A DNA stretch of 64,000 nucleotides, from IMG/VR virus record IMGVR_UViG_3300030099_006533. One strand, 5' to 3'. Shown here in pieces: positions 1-10,318 of the stretch. The stretch comes from a virus. The notes under the pieces were generated by a model that saw only the letters and a program-made list of their open reading frames with translations, did not search any database and was not told where the DNA came from. The stretch's first letter is position 1. Each line of letters opens with the position of its first letter. A program made the position numbers and the translations under genes.

Positions 1-1074
1 GTGCAAGAGCTTTCAAAAGCGCTTTCAGGAGACCTAGATACACTCAATGTTTCTACAGAACAGCAAGCTTTGGAGCAAGAGCGACTGGCAGAAATTGCCA
101 GAACTAACCAAGATGTACAATCTCAGCTTGCTGCAGCTTTTGCAGCCATGGCTCCCGATCTTAAGTTTATTATTGATAAGGTTAGTAACGGACTCAATAA
201 AGTGTTGCCAATATTAGCCAGACATGGTGGAAAAATAATCGTCATGCTTGGCGCCCTAAAAGTTGTTGCCATGGCCGCCCAGTTCGCCATGGCGCTAAAA
301 ACGCTGGGATTAATATCAAATACAGCCGCACTAGGAGCAAACAGATTAGCAGGCCTTAAGAATATTGCTATGTTCGTCGCTGAGAAGGTCGCAATCGGTC
401 TTTCGACTGCTGGTTATATATTGTATGCTGGTGCTCTAGGTACTGTAACGTTGGCCAAATTCGCCCTCGCCGGCGCAGCAAAGCTTTTGGGCATGGTCAT
501 GGCTGCCAACCCGATTGGCTTAGCTATTGTCGGAATCCTTGCCGTTGGTGCTGCGATTTACGCGCTTGTTAACGGGTGGGAAAAAACAGTAGATATGATG
601 AAGACCATTGGAATAAGGCTCTTTCAAGTAATTACTTTTCCTATGAGGGCTGCTGTTGCATCCGTCATCGGCGGCTTCAACCTCATTATTAGAGGTATGA
701 ACAAGATCCCCGGGGTCAATATTCCGATTATTCCCAACCTTAGCGGTGCCATGGCAGCAGGAATTCCCATGTTATCAAATGGAGCAAACGGACTGCCCCA
801 GGACATGATGACGATCACAGGCGACGGCCCAGGCGGTAAAGGTGAAGTTACTACACTACCACAAGGGGCATCAGTGGCTCCCGCTAATACGAATTCTCCC
901 GCAGTCGAGATGACCCGGGTTATTACAGCCGCTCATCAGATGGGACGTACCGAGAAAGGCATGGGAGGCGGCCAGCCTGTTCAAATCACGTCTGTCTTAC
1001 AGCTAGACAAGAGGGTCTTGGCAACAGCCACTGAGGAAACTGTGATTGGGCTATTGGATCCCGCGCAGGGATAG
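1..1074 (+). CDS. Tail tape measure protein, C-terminal part (5'-truncated by window)
   Basis: Ala/Gly/Leu-rich amphipathic segments (AANPIGLAIVGILAVGAAIYALVNGWE; NKIPGVNIP); sits directly upstream of baseplate-like genes. Confidence 0.6.
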   Translation: MQELSKALSGDLDTLNVSTEQQALEQERLAEIARTNQDVQSQLAAAFAAMAPDLKFIIDKVSNGLNKVLPILARHGGKIIVMLGALKVVAMAAQFAMALKTLGLISNTAALGANRLAGLKNIAMFVAEKVAIGLSTAGYILYAGALGTVTLAKFALAGAAKLLGMVMAANPIGLAIVGILAVGAAIYALVNGWEKTVDMMKTIGIRLFQVITFPMRAAVASVIGGFNLIIRGMNKIPGVNIPIIPNLSGAMAAGIPMLSNGANGLPQDMMTITGDGPGGKGEVTTLPQGASVAPANTNSPAVEMTRVITAAHQMGRTEKGMGGGQPVQITSVLQLDKRVLATATEETVIGLLDPAQG

Positions 1075-1085
1075 GAGGGTAGAAG

Positions 1086-1925
1086 ATGGGCTTTATAGAC
1101 AAATTAAACGATCAGCTAAGGGGACGAGACAGCCTATTTGATGAAAATGAAGGTAAGTTTGACGATAGAACCGAAATTTATGCTAATGGTAATAAACTAT
1201 TTTTAGAATTTTATCACCTACCCTCCGATAAATCTGTTGCATTTAAAGGCTATATTACCTCGTGGTCAGATAAATTCGAATCTAGATACAATGCTGAAAC
1301 GGTATACGGCCGAAACGACGATATTCACACTTTTGAAGGCACTACAAGAAGCATATCACTTAGTTGGGATGTGGTTGCTGGTAGTTACGAAGAAGCAAGA
1401 AATAATCTTGCGCGCGTCTCGATGCTGGCCCAGTTTTTGTACCCCGCTTACAAAATGAAGACTTTCAATTTTTCAAACTCTACCGGAGCCCCACAAGACC
1501 TCAAGGTTGGAACGATGACAAAAGCGCCGCTAATCAAAGTCAGATTTGCAAACTTGGTCATGGATGCTAGAGGTTCAGTAAATAGTGTGGATGCGAAAGA
1601 TACTGGCTTATTGGCTGCTTTGGATGGCCTCACAGTTGAGGCAGATTTAGAAGCTGGCGTGTTCGACAGCGCCGGCCTTGCGACCCCAAAGGTGTTCAAG
1701 TTATCTGCCAACTTGTCAGTATTGCACGAGCACACTCTTGGGTGGGACAACGATTCCAAGGTGTGGCTAGGAACAAGCGAGAACGCCGGCGCTTACCCAT
1801 ATAATGCTTTTGGTCCCCAGAGCTATGAAGGTGGCTCTAGCACAGCCGCCCCGACTGCAGGTGGCAGTTCCACTCCCGCCCCGACCCCTTCGGGAGCTAC
1901 CCCGCCAACATCCAGCACACCATAG
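1086..1925 (+). CDS. Putative tail tube-initiator/baseplate protein (CIS-tube-like)
   Basis: FKGYITSWSDKFESRY..VYGRNDDIHTFEGTTRSISLSW pattern typical of tube-fold baseplate proteins; lies between tape measure and LysM gene. Confidence 0.5.
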   Translation: MGFIDKLNDQLRGRDSLFDENEGKFDDRTEIYANGNKLFLEFYHLPSDKSVAFKGYITSWSDKFESRYNAETVYGRNDDIHTFEGTTRSISLSWDVVAGSYEEARNNLARVSMLAQFLYPAYKMKTFNFSNSTGAPQDLKVGTMTKAPLIKVRFANLVMDARGSVNSVDAKDTGLLAALDGLTVEADLEAGVFDSAGLATPKVFKLSANLSVLHEHTLGWDNDSKVWLGTSENAGAYPYNAFGPQSYEGGSSTAAPTAGGSSTPAPTPSGATPPTSSTP

Positions 1926-1934
1926 GTATAAATT

Positions 1935-2279
1935 ATGAGCAGCAGATATCACGGAAAAAATAAAAAGACTACTGATTTGACGACTCATAAGGAGTTGTTA
2001 GAGCGCCGCGCCACCACAAAAATTAACCACTTTGAAACGCCGAAACTGAACCACCCAACTCCCGAGCAAAGAGAGCAGATGACGCAATCTGTACATGTGT
2101 GGAAAGAGGGTGACCGATTTTTCAAATTAGCCCACCATCACTACGGTGATTCAAAATATTGGTGGGTAATTGCATGGTGGAACTTGAGGCCTACAGAAGC
2201 CCACGTTAAAATCGGAGAAGTGCTTCGAATCCCGGGCCCCCTTGGTCAAGTGATGAGTATTCTGAAGAGGAAGATTTAA
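1935..2279 (+). CDS. LysM/gp53-like baseplate wedge protein
   Basis: HVWKEGDRFFKLAHHHYGDSKYWWVIAWWN..GEVLRIP LysM-like motif in tail context. Confidence 0.65.
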   Translation: MSSRYHGKNKKTTDLTTHKELLERRATTKINHFETPKLNHPTPEQREQMTQSVHVWKEGDRFFKLAHHHYGDSKYWWVIAWWNLRPTEAHVKIGEVLRIPGPLGQVMSILKRKI

Positions 2280-2280
2280 A

Positions 2281-5200
2281 ATGGCATTACCTCCAAAGCC
2301 AACGCCAATAAGGTGGACTCCATCGCAGGAGATCGTAGATGCTGTTAATAAAATAACCTTATATGTACCAAATGCTGAAGGTGAGATAGTTCCAGTTGAA
2401 GGAGATATCTCTCCTCCGTACACAGCTGAACAAATCGGAGAAATCTCAGCTCAGGCTTTGATAACTGCCCTTGGTTTTGATGAAGAATTTGGTGAAGCCA
2501 GCAAAGACTTTGATGCGGATCCTGGGCCTGCAATTACCCCCTGGGAGTACAAGAGTGTTAACGATGAACTCCGTGACGGCAACGATCTATCATCAGATCT
2601 ATACAGGTGGCTAGCCTCCGGCGCCTCAAGCGGGCAGGTTACCCACCAGAACGGCGATGGCAGCAAAGAAGTTACTTTAGACAACCAAGACTGGCTTGAC
2701 GAAGATAATGGAACCAGGGGCATACTTGGCGCCCCCGACACTTTTCAAATTCCTCGCAGTGTGCAAAACGAGTATATGATCAATGATGGGCGCACTATGG
2801 GATATACAAATCGTTGGCTCGATGACTATAGGGCCGATTCAGAAGGTAACCTCATGTCCCTTGCTACTCACGGTGCATTTAGTATGGTCAAGGCAGGAAC
2901 TCAATCTTCCGGCATGGATAAAATAGACGTATCAAGCATACCTGCATATGTGCCATATTTCGTGTCTAACGGCGGCCGCGCTACCTACCTAGCTGGCACT
3001 GGACCCACTTATACTCTGGCTGAGTATTACCACCAAACACAGGTTGACAGCGCCTTTCTTCAACTGCGAGCTACTAAGATCTTTACTGCAATTAGGGCAG
3101 TTAGGGCGGCCTACCAAGAGGATGCCGAGGGTGCCCAAGAGATCAGCAACCAGCGCGCTGAACTAGAGGCCTTACGACAACGACAAAACTCAACCGATCC
3201 TGAAGATGCTTTATCTGCCGAAGAACAGGCGCGCCTAAGAGCCCTGGAGGCCGGCCTTGGAGACCTGTCCGATGTGGCTGCGCAAAATAACTTTATTGCA
3301 GATCAGGCACGCGGCGGCGAAGACTATGCAAGCGAATTTCGCTCAAAAGAGCAGTGCTTTTTATTGACAAAGATCATTTCTCTAGCACAAGCCAACATGT
3401 CGAGAAGGGCAGTGTATGATACGGAGTCCGAAGGCCCCAAAGCTTATGCTGTGCAAGGCACCCCCGGTCAGATTGTGAGTCAGCTAACTTATGATCCGAG
3501 TTATTCGGCATTTTACATGATTCCACCGTCCAGGCTATCTTATCTGGTACCAGCCGTAAAGTTTTATCAGGTTTTGCACCAATATTACGGCCGGCCAAAC
3601 GCTGCCGGTGAAAGGGAAACGGTTGACTTAGCTAAGCCAGTAGATTTTGAAGTTCCCTTCTTTCAACACATTACAAATCATTCAGTTGAACAGATTATGT
3701 CGGGAATGTACGGTGGTAAAGGCGGCGGAGTTGGCTTAAAATCATTTGAGTGGACCTATCAGGGCTCGAATCCCGCTTCGTCAAGAAGAGATATTAAGGC
3801 AAAACTAGTTTTACATGCTCAGTCTTTCACAGATCTCCTAGAGGAACATAGAACCTCTCTGACAGACTCTGAGGGTGAAGCATTTCAGCATGCTTTTAAC
3901 TATACAGATTTGGCCATTAGAAGAAATCGCGACCACTTACAGGCACCAGACGTTCTATATCAGCAATTGAAAGTTGTTGTAGGTTGGTCTTTACCTGAAG
4001 CTACGACAGAAAGCTTACAGTTTACTCCTGATGAAGTCGCCGCAATTAGAAACTCGCGTGTGACCATGTATCTGACAATTATCGATCATTCATTTGATAT
4101 TGCCGACAATGGAACTGTTGATTTTACGATTGAATATCGAGCATGGGTTGAAGGGGCCTTTACGTCACCAGAATCAAACATTTTAATTAATGAAAACTTG
4201 ATGAGAAGAAATGCCGAGCGAGAAGAGGCTATGCGGTTAATGAGAGAAGACCTTTCTGCTGGCTCTGATGCTACATGTACAGATGAAGACATGGCTGAGC
4301 TTCGAAGAAGAATAACAAATTCGATTCAGCTTGACAAAGCAGACGCACACGTTTCTTTGATTGAGGGCCTGGAGAGTAACAAGCCACACTCCCGCGTATT
4401 TAGATATAGGGTGCCTGTTGCAGAGGTGGTTAGCTATATTAGAAGTCCAAATTTCGCAATGTCCCCCACGCCATACCAGTCAAATGTGCCCGATGCAGAT
4501 TTGACGTCTACTACCGGAGTGGCCGCGGACTTGAAATCACAAATTAATTTCCCAACTAGCGTGGACTTTAACAATTCAGAGAACAACCCAACAGTTGAGA
4601 AGATTATGGAAAATGTTTACACAAGAGCCGCCGGCGGCGATCTAAACATACCATATTTCTTCCTTGGAGATATTGTTAATGTTGCTCTAGAAAACATTAA
4701 CAAAGTAGACCTACAATCTAGTGGTGGCGTAGATGCTCTTCGTAGATTTAATAAAATGAGAGTTTTGTTAGGCCCCGTGGAAATTAGAGATCCAGAAGGG
4801 CAACAAAGCACCCCAATGCAAATCAACATGGCAGATATTCCTATTTCTGTAAATTACTTTATGGAGTGGTTTATGGGCAAGATTATTTCTAAACAGAAGG
4901 TGTCATGGTTCTTATTAGAATTTATTAAAGATTTAACAAAAGATCTTGTGCTAAGAACACTGACTTCAGAGGACTGCTTCGGCGGCGCCCATCGTCAAAG
5001 AGCTAAATTCACCAACTTGTATCTTGTGGGCTCTGAAAATAGTGGCCAAGATCCGATTGGCGCCTTAATCGCATCGAAGGCCGGAAATAGCAATTCACCA
5101 ACGGGTCAATCTAAGCGCTTTTTTATTGATGAGTTTTCGGGAGTTGGCTCTAACATGCCAATTTTGGCTCAAGACGCAGAAGATGAGGAAAAGCCCACAG

Positions 5201-5829
5201 AAGGAATGTACCACTATGTGTTATGCTACGCCTCAGATCCAGTGCCTCGCCAGTTAAATGGTGATTTCACAAAAGACGTTAAAAAGGGAGTTTTTCACTT
5301 TCACATTGGTACCAACAAGGGTATTGTAAAACGAATTCGATTTTCAAAAACAGATCAGCCTTATTTACGAGAGGCTAGATATTTTGGCCAAGGGTATTCT
5401 GGTATCTCGCAGCTAAGAGAGCCGTATAAGGTAAGTATTGAGATGTATGGCAACTCTAAGGTATTCCCAGGACAAACTATTTTTGTGGATCCTGCTGGAT
5501 TGGGATACGCACTGGGTAGACCAAATGAAGAAGGCTCATATGCTCATTTATTGGGTTTAGGCGGCTATCACATGGTAATCAACGTAAAGAACGTCATCGA
5601 AAAGGGCAAGTACGACACAACAGCAGAGTGTGTATGGGTCTACCGAGGCTCCCCAGCCGGAGAGATCACTACCGGTCCCGATCCGACCACTCCGGTTAGA
5701 GCCTCGACCGAGTGTCAGGTCTGGAGTCAGGTCGGAGATGAACTTCAGGTTCACAGCGGCTATACGCCCCCGCCTGCAGGCGAAGCGCCCGTACCAACAG
5801 CAACAGATACATCGGGGGATGATACATAA
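2281..5829 (+). CDS. Large baseplate hub-like structural protein
   Basis: 1182-aa ORF after LysM gene; C-terminal hub-like pattern (SIEMYGNSKVFPGQTIFV..LGLGGYHMVINVKNVI). Confidence 0.45.
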   Translation: MALPPKPTPIRWTPSQEIVDAVNKITLYVPNAEGEIVPVEGDISPPYTAEQIGEISAQALITALGFDEEFGEASKDFDADPGPAITPWEYKSVNDELRDGNDLSSDLYRWLASGASSGQVTHQNGDGSKEVTLDNQDWLDEDNGTRGILGAPDTFQIPRSVQNEYMINDGRTMGYTNRWLDDYRADSEGNLMSLATHGAFSMVKAGTQSSGMDKIDVSSIPAYVPYFVSNGGRATYLAGTGPTYTLAEYYHQTQVDSAFLQLRATKIFTAIRAVRAAYQEDAEGAQEISNQRAELEALRQRQNSTDPEDALSAEEQARLRALEAGLGDLSDVAAQNNFIADQARGGEDYASEFRSKEQCFLLTKIISLAQANMSRRAVYDTESEGPKAYAVQGTPGQIVSQLTYDPSYSAFYMIPPSRLSYLVPAVKFYQVLHQYYGRPNAAGERETVDLAKPVDFEVPFFQHITNHSVEQIMSGMYGGKGGGVGLKSFEWTYQGSNPASSRRDIKAKLVLHAQSFTDLLEEHRTSLTDSEGEAFQHAFNYTDLAIRRNRDHLQAPDVLYQQLKVVVGWSLPEATTESLQFTPDEVAAIRNSRVTMYLTIIDHSFDIADNGTVDFTIEYRAWVEGAFTSPESNILINENLMRRNAEREEAMRLMREDLSAGSDATCTDEDMAELRRRITNSIQLDKADAHVSLIEGLESNKPHSRVFRYRVPVAEVVSYIRSPNFAMSPTPYQSNVPDADLTSTTGVAADLKSQINFPTSVDFNNSENNPTVEKIMENVYTRAAGGDLNIPYFFLGDIVNVALENINKVDLQSSGGVDALRRFNKMRVLLGPVEIRDPEGQQSTPMQINMADIPISVNYFMEWFMGKIISKQKVSWFLLEFIKDLTKDLVLRTLTSEDCFGGAHRQRAKFTNLYLVGSENSGQDPIGALIASKAGNSNSPTGQSKRFFIDEFSGVGSNMPILAQDAEDEEKPTEGMYHYVLCYASDPVPRQLNGDFTKDVKKGVFHFHIGTNKGIVKRIRFSKTDQPYLREARYFGQGYSGISQLREPYKVSIEMYGNSKVFPGQTIFVDPAGLGYALGRPNEEGSYAHLLGLGGYHMVINVKNVIEKGKYDTTAECVWVYRGSPAGEITTGPDPTTPVRASTECQVWSQVGDELQVHSGYTPPPAGEAPVPTATDTSGDDT

Positions 5830-7112
5830 TGGAAGTTCGTGGAATAGACCCAACAACTAGAGAGTATAAGGGCAAAAACAAGCTGTCCACTCTGGCCTTA
5901 TTTTATTATCGCACACTTTATTCTGCCACTTTTACAACTGGCGGACTCCGCGACATCAAAAAAAGTGTTCGTAATTTTGATTATGGAGAGAGAATTTTTT
6001 ATGGTCGTGTAAACCATGAAATGGCCCCAATTATGCCAAAAGAAGAGTTTTTGGTAATGGCCACATCTTTGCGCGCAGACAAGGTTGTTAAAGTTATGAA
6101 TTTCGTAGCCAAAGCCTTTGAAGACTTCCAAAACGCGTTCTTCGTCGCTACTGAAAAAAAGCAAATTAGTTTAGACGAAGGTTTTATGTCCCGCCCAGCC
6201 CCGCTGAAGGGCTTCGAATCCGCGGTCGCCAGCTATGGCGAGTATCGCCGGGCGCTGTACGAATTATTTGTAGAGAAGTTAAAGAAAGACAAGCAAAAAG
6301 AGATTTATATCAGAGACTTTGACTCATTTGTTCCGTATCTTGACAGTTTTATCGAAGATATCGCATCAGTGGCACCATTCACATTCAGCGCCTATATGCG
6401 AAGCAAATATGCTTCACCGCATACAACAGGGCTGGTCATTGATTTAGCTGAATTTAATGCCTCCAAGGATGAAAAGAAGGTCGCCCGAGTTTACAACAAT
6501 CAGAATTATCCATTTTATGAAAACATGGCAATGCAGTTCGGATTCAGCATTGACAAGAACGTGCCATATAGATTGGTCGCAGATTTGAACTCGCCTGCCA
6601 TGATCAGATATATGAAACAGTTTGGATTCAACGATCATATAGATGTGTTTAGAACTTGCTATCAGTTGACATGTATCAAAGATTATAATGTTTTTAAGTC
6701 TTTATATACAACATATTACAATTCTTATGTGTCTTTCAACCGTTCTGTGTCTGTCCCGAGGATGAGGAAAGATGGAAAGTACACTCCAAAAAATATTTTT
6801 AGAGAACCTAAAGATCTTGTTTCGATTAATGTAGAATATGGAGAAAAGTGGTTTTTGGAAAAATACATGAAAATTCGAAATGCGGAAGAGGGCGGAAAGT
6901 ACACACCAGAAAGAATGAAGCAATTAGCAGATCGTGCCAATCGTATCAGTAAGGTGCGTACGAAAGAGCATGCTTTGGTTTTGGTAGATCAACAGTTTAG
7001 AGATGTGTCACATATGCCAGGGTCGGTAAACCACATACAGAAAAACTTTGAAAAAAGAAAACAAAGAAATGGCCAGCCATCCATGACAGCCTCTCACGAG
7101 ACAAAATATTAA
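5829..7112 (+). CDS. Hypothetical protein (end of tail module)
   Basis: 427-aa ORF coupled to previous stop (TAATG); no recognised motif. Confidence 0.55.
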   Translation: MEVRGIDPTTREYKGKNKLSTLALFYYRTLYSATFTTGGLRDIKKSVRNFDYGERIFYGRVNHEMAPIMPKEEFLVMATSLRADKVVKVMNFVAKAFEDFQNAFFVATEKKQISLDEGFMSRPAPLKGFESAVASYGEYRRALYELFVEKLKKDKQKEIYIRDFDSFVPYLDSFIEDIASVAPFTFSAYMRSKYASPHTTGLVIDLAEFNASKDEKKVARVYNNQNYPFYENMAMQFGFSIDKNVPYRLVADLNSPAMIRYMKQFGFNDHIDVFRTCYQLTCIKDYNVFKSLYTTYYNSYVSFNRSVSVPRMRKDGKYTPKNIFREPKDLVSINVEYGEKWFLEKYMKIRNAEEGGKYTPERMKQLADRANRISKVRTKEHALVLVDQQFRDVSHMPGSVNHIQKNFEKRKQRNGQPSMTASHETKY

Positions 7113-7119
7113 AAAAAGC

Positions 7120-7148
7120 TTGACAACTTTGTTGCTTCCGGTTATTCT
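7120..7148 (+). promoter_or_regulatory. sigma70-type promoter upstream of PolA-like gene
   Basis: TTGACA-17bp-TATTCT. Confidence 0.6.
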
Positions 7149-7163
7149 CTAAATCAAAGGTAG

Positions 7164-8363
7164 GTGTGCGTGCTTTTTCAAGCCCTCGATAATAAGCAAG
7201 AGTGTGTCGGCATTTATGTCGATAGCAAACTTGTGTATGAAGACTTTCCACAAAATTTAACACGAACTTGGTCGTATTCTCCGTCAATTGACGACGAGCA
7301 GGTTGAGTACGCTAGCCTGTATTGTGTCGGAAGCGAGTTAGGGGACGTATGCCCAGAAGAGCATAAGGAAGAATGGGATAGGGTCTCTTCACGCATGCGA
7401 GCTTATTTAAAGGCCTTTGTGTCTTCCGGTGTTTCGCTGGATGAAAACTGCTACTTCGATTTGGTGCCCGAAAGGTATCTTATGGAGTTTTGCGAGATCA
7501 AGAACAAAATTACGGAACATGTTTTCGCTGAGTACCCTCGTCCTGAAAACTATGAGCAGACCCTAGCAACGACAAGACTAGTCAGCCAAATCTCCGCTCA
7601 GAAGCTAAATATAAATCCTAACAACATCAAGCAGTTTCGTGCTAACAAGCAGTGCCGAAACCTACTAAAAAAGATTAATAAAACGGCCCCATATTGCAAG
7701 TACATTGTAGATGGTACAAAAACTGGTCGTTTAACCACTAGTCCAACCAGCTTTCCGATACTCACTTTGAAAAAAGAGCACCGTACCATTCTAGAGCCAA
7801 ACAATGACTGGTTTGTGGAGCTAGATTTTAATGCCGCAGAATTGAGAGTCTTGTTATCACTGATTGGAAAAGAACAGCCAGAACAAGATATCCATAATTG
7901 GAACATTGATAATGTTTTTCGCGGCAATGGAACCAGAGAGGAGGCCAAAAAGCGCGCATTTGCGTGGTTGTATAACCCAGAGTCTGAAGATCACTTGATG
8001 AATCGGTTCTATGACCGCGACAGCGTTTTGGGTCAATATTGGGATGGCAACAACGTCAAAACCGTGTATAATCGTCAGATTCCCGCAGACCGCTTTCACG
8101 CACTCAATTATATTATTCAGAGCACATGCGCAGACATGGTATTAGAACAGGCATGCAAGATCCGCTCGCTATTGGCTAATAAGCGCTCTACAATTGCGTT
8201 CGTGATTCATGATAGCGTGGTGCTTGATTTCGCAGATGAGGACCGTCAGGAGCTAATGTCGCTTGTGAATGAATTTTCTTCTACAAGGCTCGGCAAATTT
8301 ATGGTAAACATTAGTGCAGGCAAGAATTTTGGTAAGCTTAGGGAGTTGAGAGTAAATGGATAA
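7164..8363 (+). CDS. polA: Short family A DNA polymerase (polymerase domain, no clear exonuclease)
   Basis: TKTGRLTT; motif A LDFNAAELR; motif B REEAKKRAFAWLY; ALNYIIQSTCAD; motif C VIHDSVV. Confidence 0.85.
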   Translation: MCVLFQALDNKQECVGIYVDSKLVYEDFPQNLTRTWSYSPSIDDEQVEYASLYCVGSELGDVCPEEHKEEWDRVSSRMRAYLKAFVSSGVSLDENCYFDLVPERYLMEFCEIKNKITEHVFAEYPRPENYEQTLATTRLVSQISAQKLNINPNNIKQFRANKQCRNLLKKINKTAPYCKYIVDGTKTGRLTTSPTSFPILTLKKEHRTILEPNNDWFVELDFNAAELRVLLSLIGKEQPEQDIHNWNIDNVFRGNGTREEAKKRAFAWLYNPESEDHLMNRFYDRDSVLGQYWDGNNVKTVYNRQIPADRFHALNYIIQSTCADMVLEQACKIRSLLANKRSTIAFVIHDSVVLDFADEDRQELMSLVNEFSSTRLGKFMVNISAGKNFGKLRELRVNG

Positions 8364-9201
8364 AGTAATTGGTTTGGGCTCAGCTGGCGTAAACATTTTA
8401 GCTCAGCTTATGAATTATCCACAGTATACGGGATACTTCATTGATACTGATGTTACAGGTCTCAAAAAGAACGGTTTTTACAGGCTTGACGAGCAAAACT
8501 CCCCGGAAGACTACGAGGCTAACTGCCCTTCGTTTAAGAGCTTCCTCCGCTCAGCAGGACCAGAGGTTTCGGTAATCTTGCCATCTTCTGGCCGTATTTC
8601 AGGCGTCAGTTTGGCTCTGCTGGAACAGATCAAGGATCGTATGATCAACGTTATTTTGGTGAGAGGGAATGAGCGTCAGATCGGTGCTCATACGTCTGCC
8701 ATTGATCGCGCCACTACCGGTGTTCTGCAAGAATATGCAAGATCAGGCCTATTCAATGAAATCTGTATTATCAACAACAAGCAGGTTGAAGAGGTGCTTG
8801 GTGAGGTGCCCATGATTGGATATCATGATGCCATCAACAGCATGGTATCAAACACCATTCATATGATGAACGTTTTCGACCATCAAAAGCCTGTGATTTC
8901 CGATATCGCACCAATTCCAGATATTTACAAGATCTCAACGTTGGGCTTTTGGGAGTTCGATGAGAAAAATGAAGAAAAGTTGTTTTTTCCTCTTGACACT
9001 CCCCGCATGATGAGATATTATATAGCTATCAATCAGCAACAGCTTGAGACCGATGGAACACTAAATAAAAAAATCAACGACTTTTTAGAAAAAACAAAAG
9101 AAAGAGAAATCGACATTTCATATGGCGTTTACTCTACAAAATACGATAAAAACTTTGTATACTGTAAAGCGTACACTAACATAATTCAGGAGATCAAATG
9201 A
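8356..9201 (+). CDS. Divergent tubulin/FtsZ-family protein
   Basis: N-terminal VIGLGSAGVNI, FIDTD, CIINNKQV, DAINSMV align with FtsZ blocks; GGGTGTG signature replaced by SSGRISG. Confidence 0.65.
   Translation: MDKVIGLGSAGVNILAQLMNYPQYTGYFIDTDVTGLKKNGFYRLDEQNSPEDYEANCPSFKSFLRSAGPEVSVILPSSGRISGVSLALLEQIKDRMINVILVRGNERQIGAHTSAIDRATTGVLQEYARSGLFNEICIINNKQVEEVLGEVPMIGYHDAINSMVSNTIHMMNVFDHQKPVISDIAPIPDIYKISTLGFWEFDEKNEEKLFFPLDTPRMMRYYIAINQQQLETDGTLNKKINDFLEKTKEREIDISYGVYSTKYDKNFVYCKAYTNIIQEIK
8993..9021 (+). promoter_or_regulatory. sigma70-type promoter inside tubulin-like gene
   Basis: TTGACA-17bp-TATTAT. Confidence 0.5.
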
Positions 9202-9482
9202 TTGTATATACTGGAACTTTTACCAAGGCAGATGGCTCAGCCCGAACCATGCATTTTGCAAGGCTCACAGACCTGCCAGATTCGTTTCTGGCGGCTCGTG
9301 TGAAGGGCGGAGAGGTTACGGAGGCCCGCGCCGAAGCAAAGGCCAAGATGCTCGCTGAGGGCAAGGAAACAGTATGGGATCTGGAGGCCAACAACTTCCG
9401 GGTATTTAATTGGAACACAACCGTGGATGATGTATGTGAAGAGGAAGTAGAAGAATTAAACTTTTTTCAAAATAATGCTTGA
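9198..9482 (+). CDS. SH3-fold (WYL_2/DUF2693-like) protein
   Basis: GTFTKADGSARTM..VWDLEANNFRVFNW pattern. Confidence 0.5.
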   Translation: MIVYTGTFTKADGSARTMHFARLTDLPDSFLAARVKGGEVTEARAEAKAKMLAEGKETVWDLEANNFRVFNWNTTVDDVCEEEVEELNFFQNNA

Positions 9483-9507
9483 CTTCTGTGAAGAAGGGTG
9501 TTATATT
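9479..9507 (+). promoter_or_regulatory. sigma70-type promoter upstream of SSB
   Basis: TTGACT-17bp-TATATT with TG upstream of -10. Confidence 0.65.
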
Positions 9508-9571
9508 GATAAACAGAGGTTCGGGACATTTGCCGGGCCTACTATAGCCAAGTGCAAAAGGAGAAAATGTA

Positions 9572-10318
9572 ATGGCAATTGACATGAAGGCAATGCGCGC
9601 CAAGCTAAGCGCACTCAAGAATGGTGGAGGCAACCGAAACGTCTTTTGGCGTCCGCAGGACGGCGATCAGGACATTCGAATTGTTTCACCGGAAGATGGA
9701 GATCCTTTCAAGGATTTCTATTTCCACTATAACGTAGGAAACAACAGTGGTTTCTTATGTCCCAAGAAGAACTTTGGAGACGACTGTGCTGTATGCAGCT
9801 TCGTTCGATCCCTTTATGATGAGGGAACCGAGGAGTCAATCAAGATGGCCAAGTCGCTCACCGCACGCCAGCGCTTCTTTTCCCCGGTCGTTGTCCGCGG
9901 CGAAGAGCGTGAGGGCGTTCGAATTTGGGGCTACGGTAAGACTGCTTATGAGACCCTACTCAACCTTGTACTGAACCCCGACTACGGTGATATCACCGAT
10001 CTTGAGGAAGGTACAGACCTCACACTTAATTACGGAAAGCCTGCAGGTGCCGCATACCCGCAGACCAAGATCCAACCTCGCCGTCGTACCAGTGCGCTAG
10101 TTGACTCTCCTGAGCAAGTAGCTGAGCTGATCGATAATATCCCAGAGTTTCAGTCGCTCTTTGACAAGAAGACTCCGGCAGAAGTCGAGACGCTCCTAGA
10201 CGCATTTCTTTCGGATGACGAAGATGCCGAGTCGCGCTCTAGTGAGTCCCATCGCTACGGAACCTCCGAGAAGGAAACTAGCACTGTAGATGAAGCTTTT
10301 GACCAGCTTCTAGCATAA
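9572..10318 (+). CDS. Single-stranded DNA-binding protein, T4 gp32-like
   Basis: FWRP..IRIV..FHY..CP..DCAVC zinc motif, WGYGKT, acidic C-tail; adjacent to RecA. Confidence 0.8.
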   Translation: MAIDMKAMRAKLSALKNGGGNRNVFWRPQDGDQDIRIVSPEDGDPFKDFYFHYNVGNNSGFLCPKKNFGDDCAVCSFVRSLYDEGTEESIKMAKSLTARQRFFSPVVVRGEEREGVRIWGYGKTAYETLLNLVLNPDYGDITDLEEGTDLTLNYGKPAGAAYPQTKIQPRRRTSALVDSPEQVAELIDNIPEFQSLFDKKTPAEVETLLDAFLSDDEDAESRSSESHRYGTSEKETSTVDEAFDQLLA

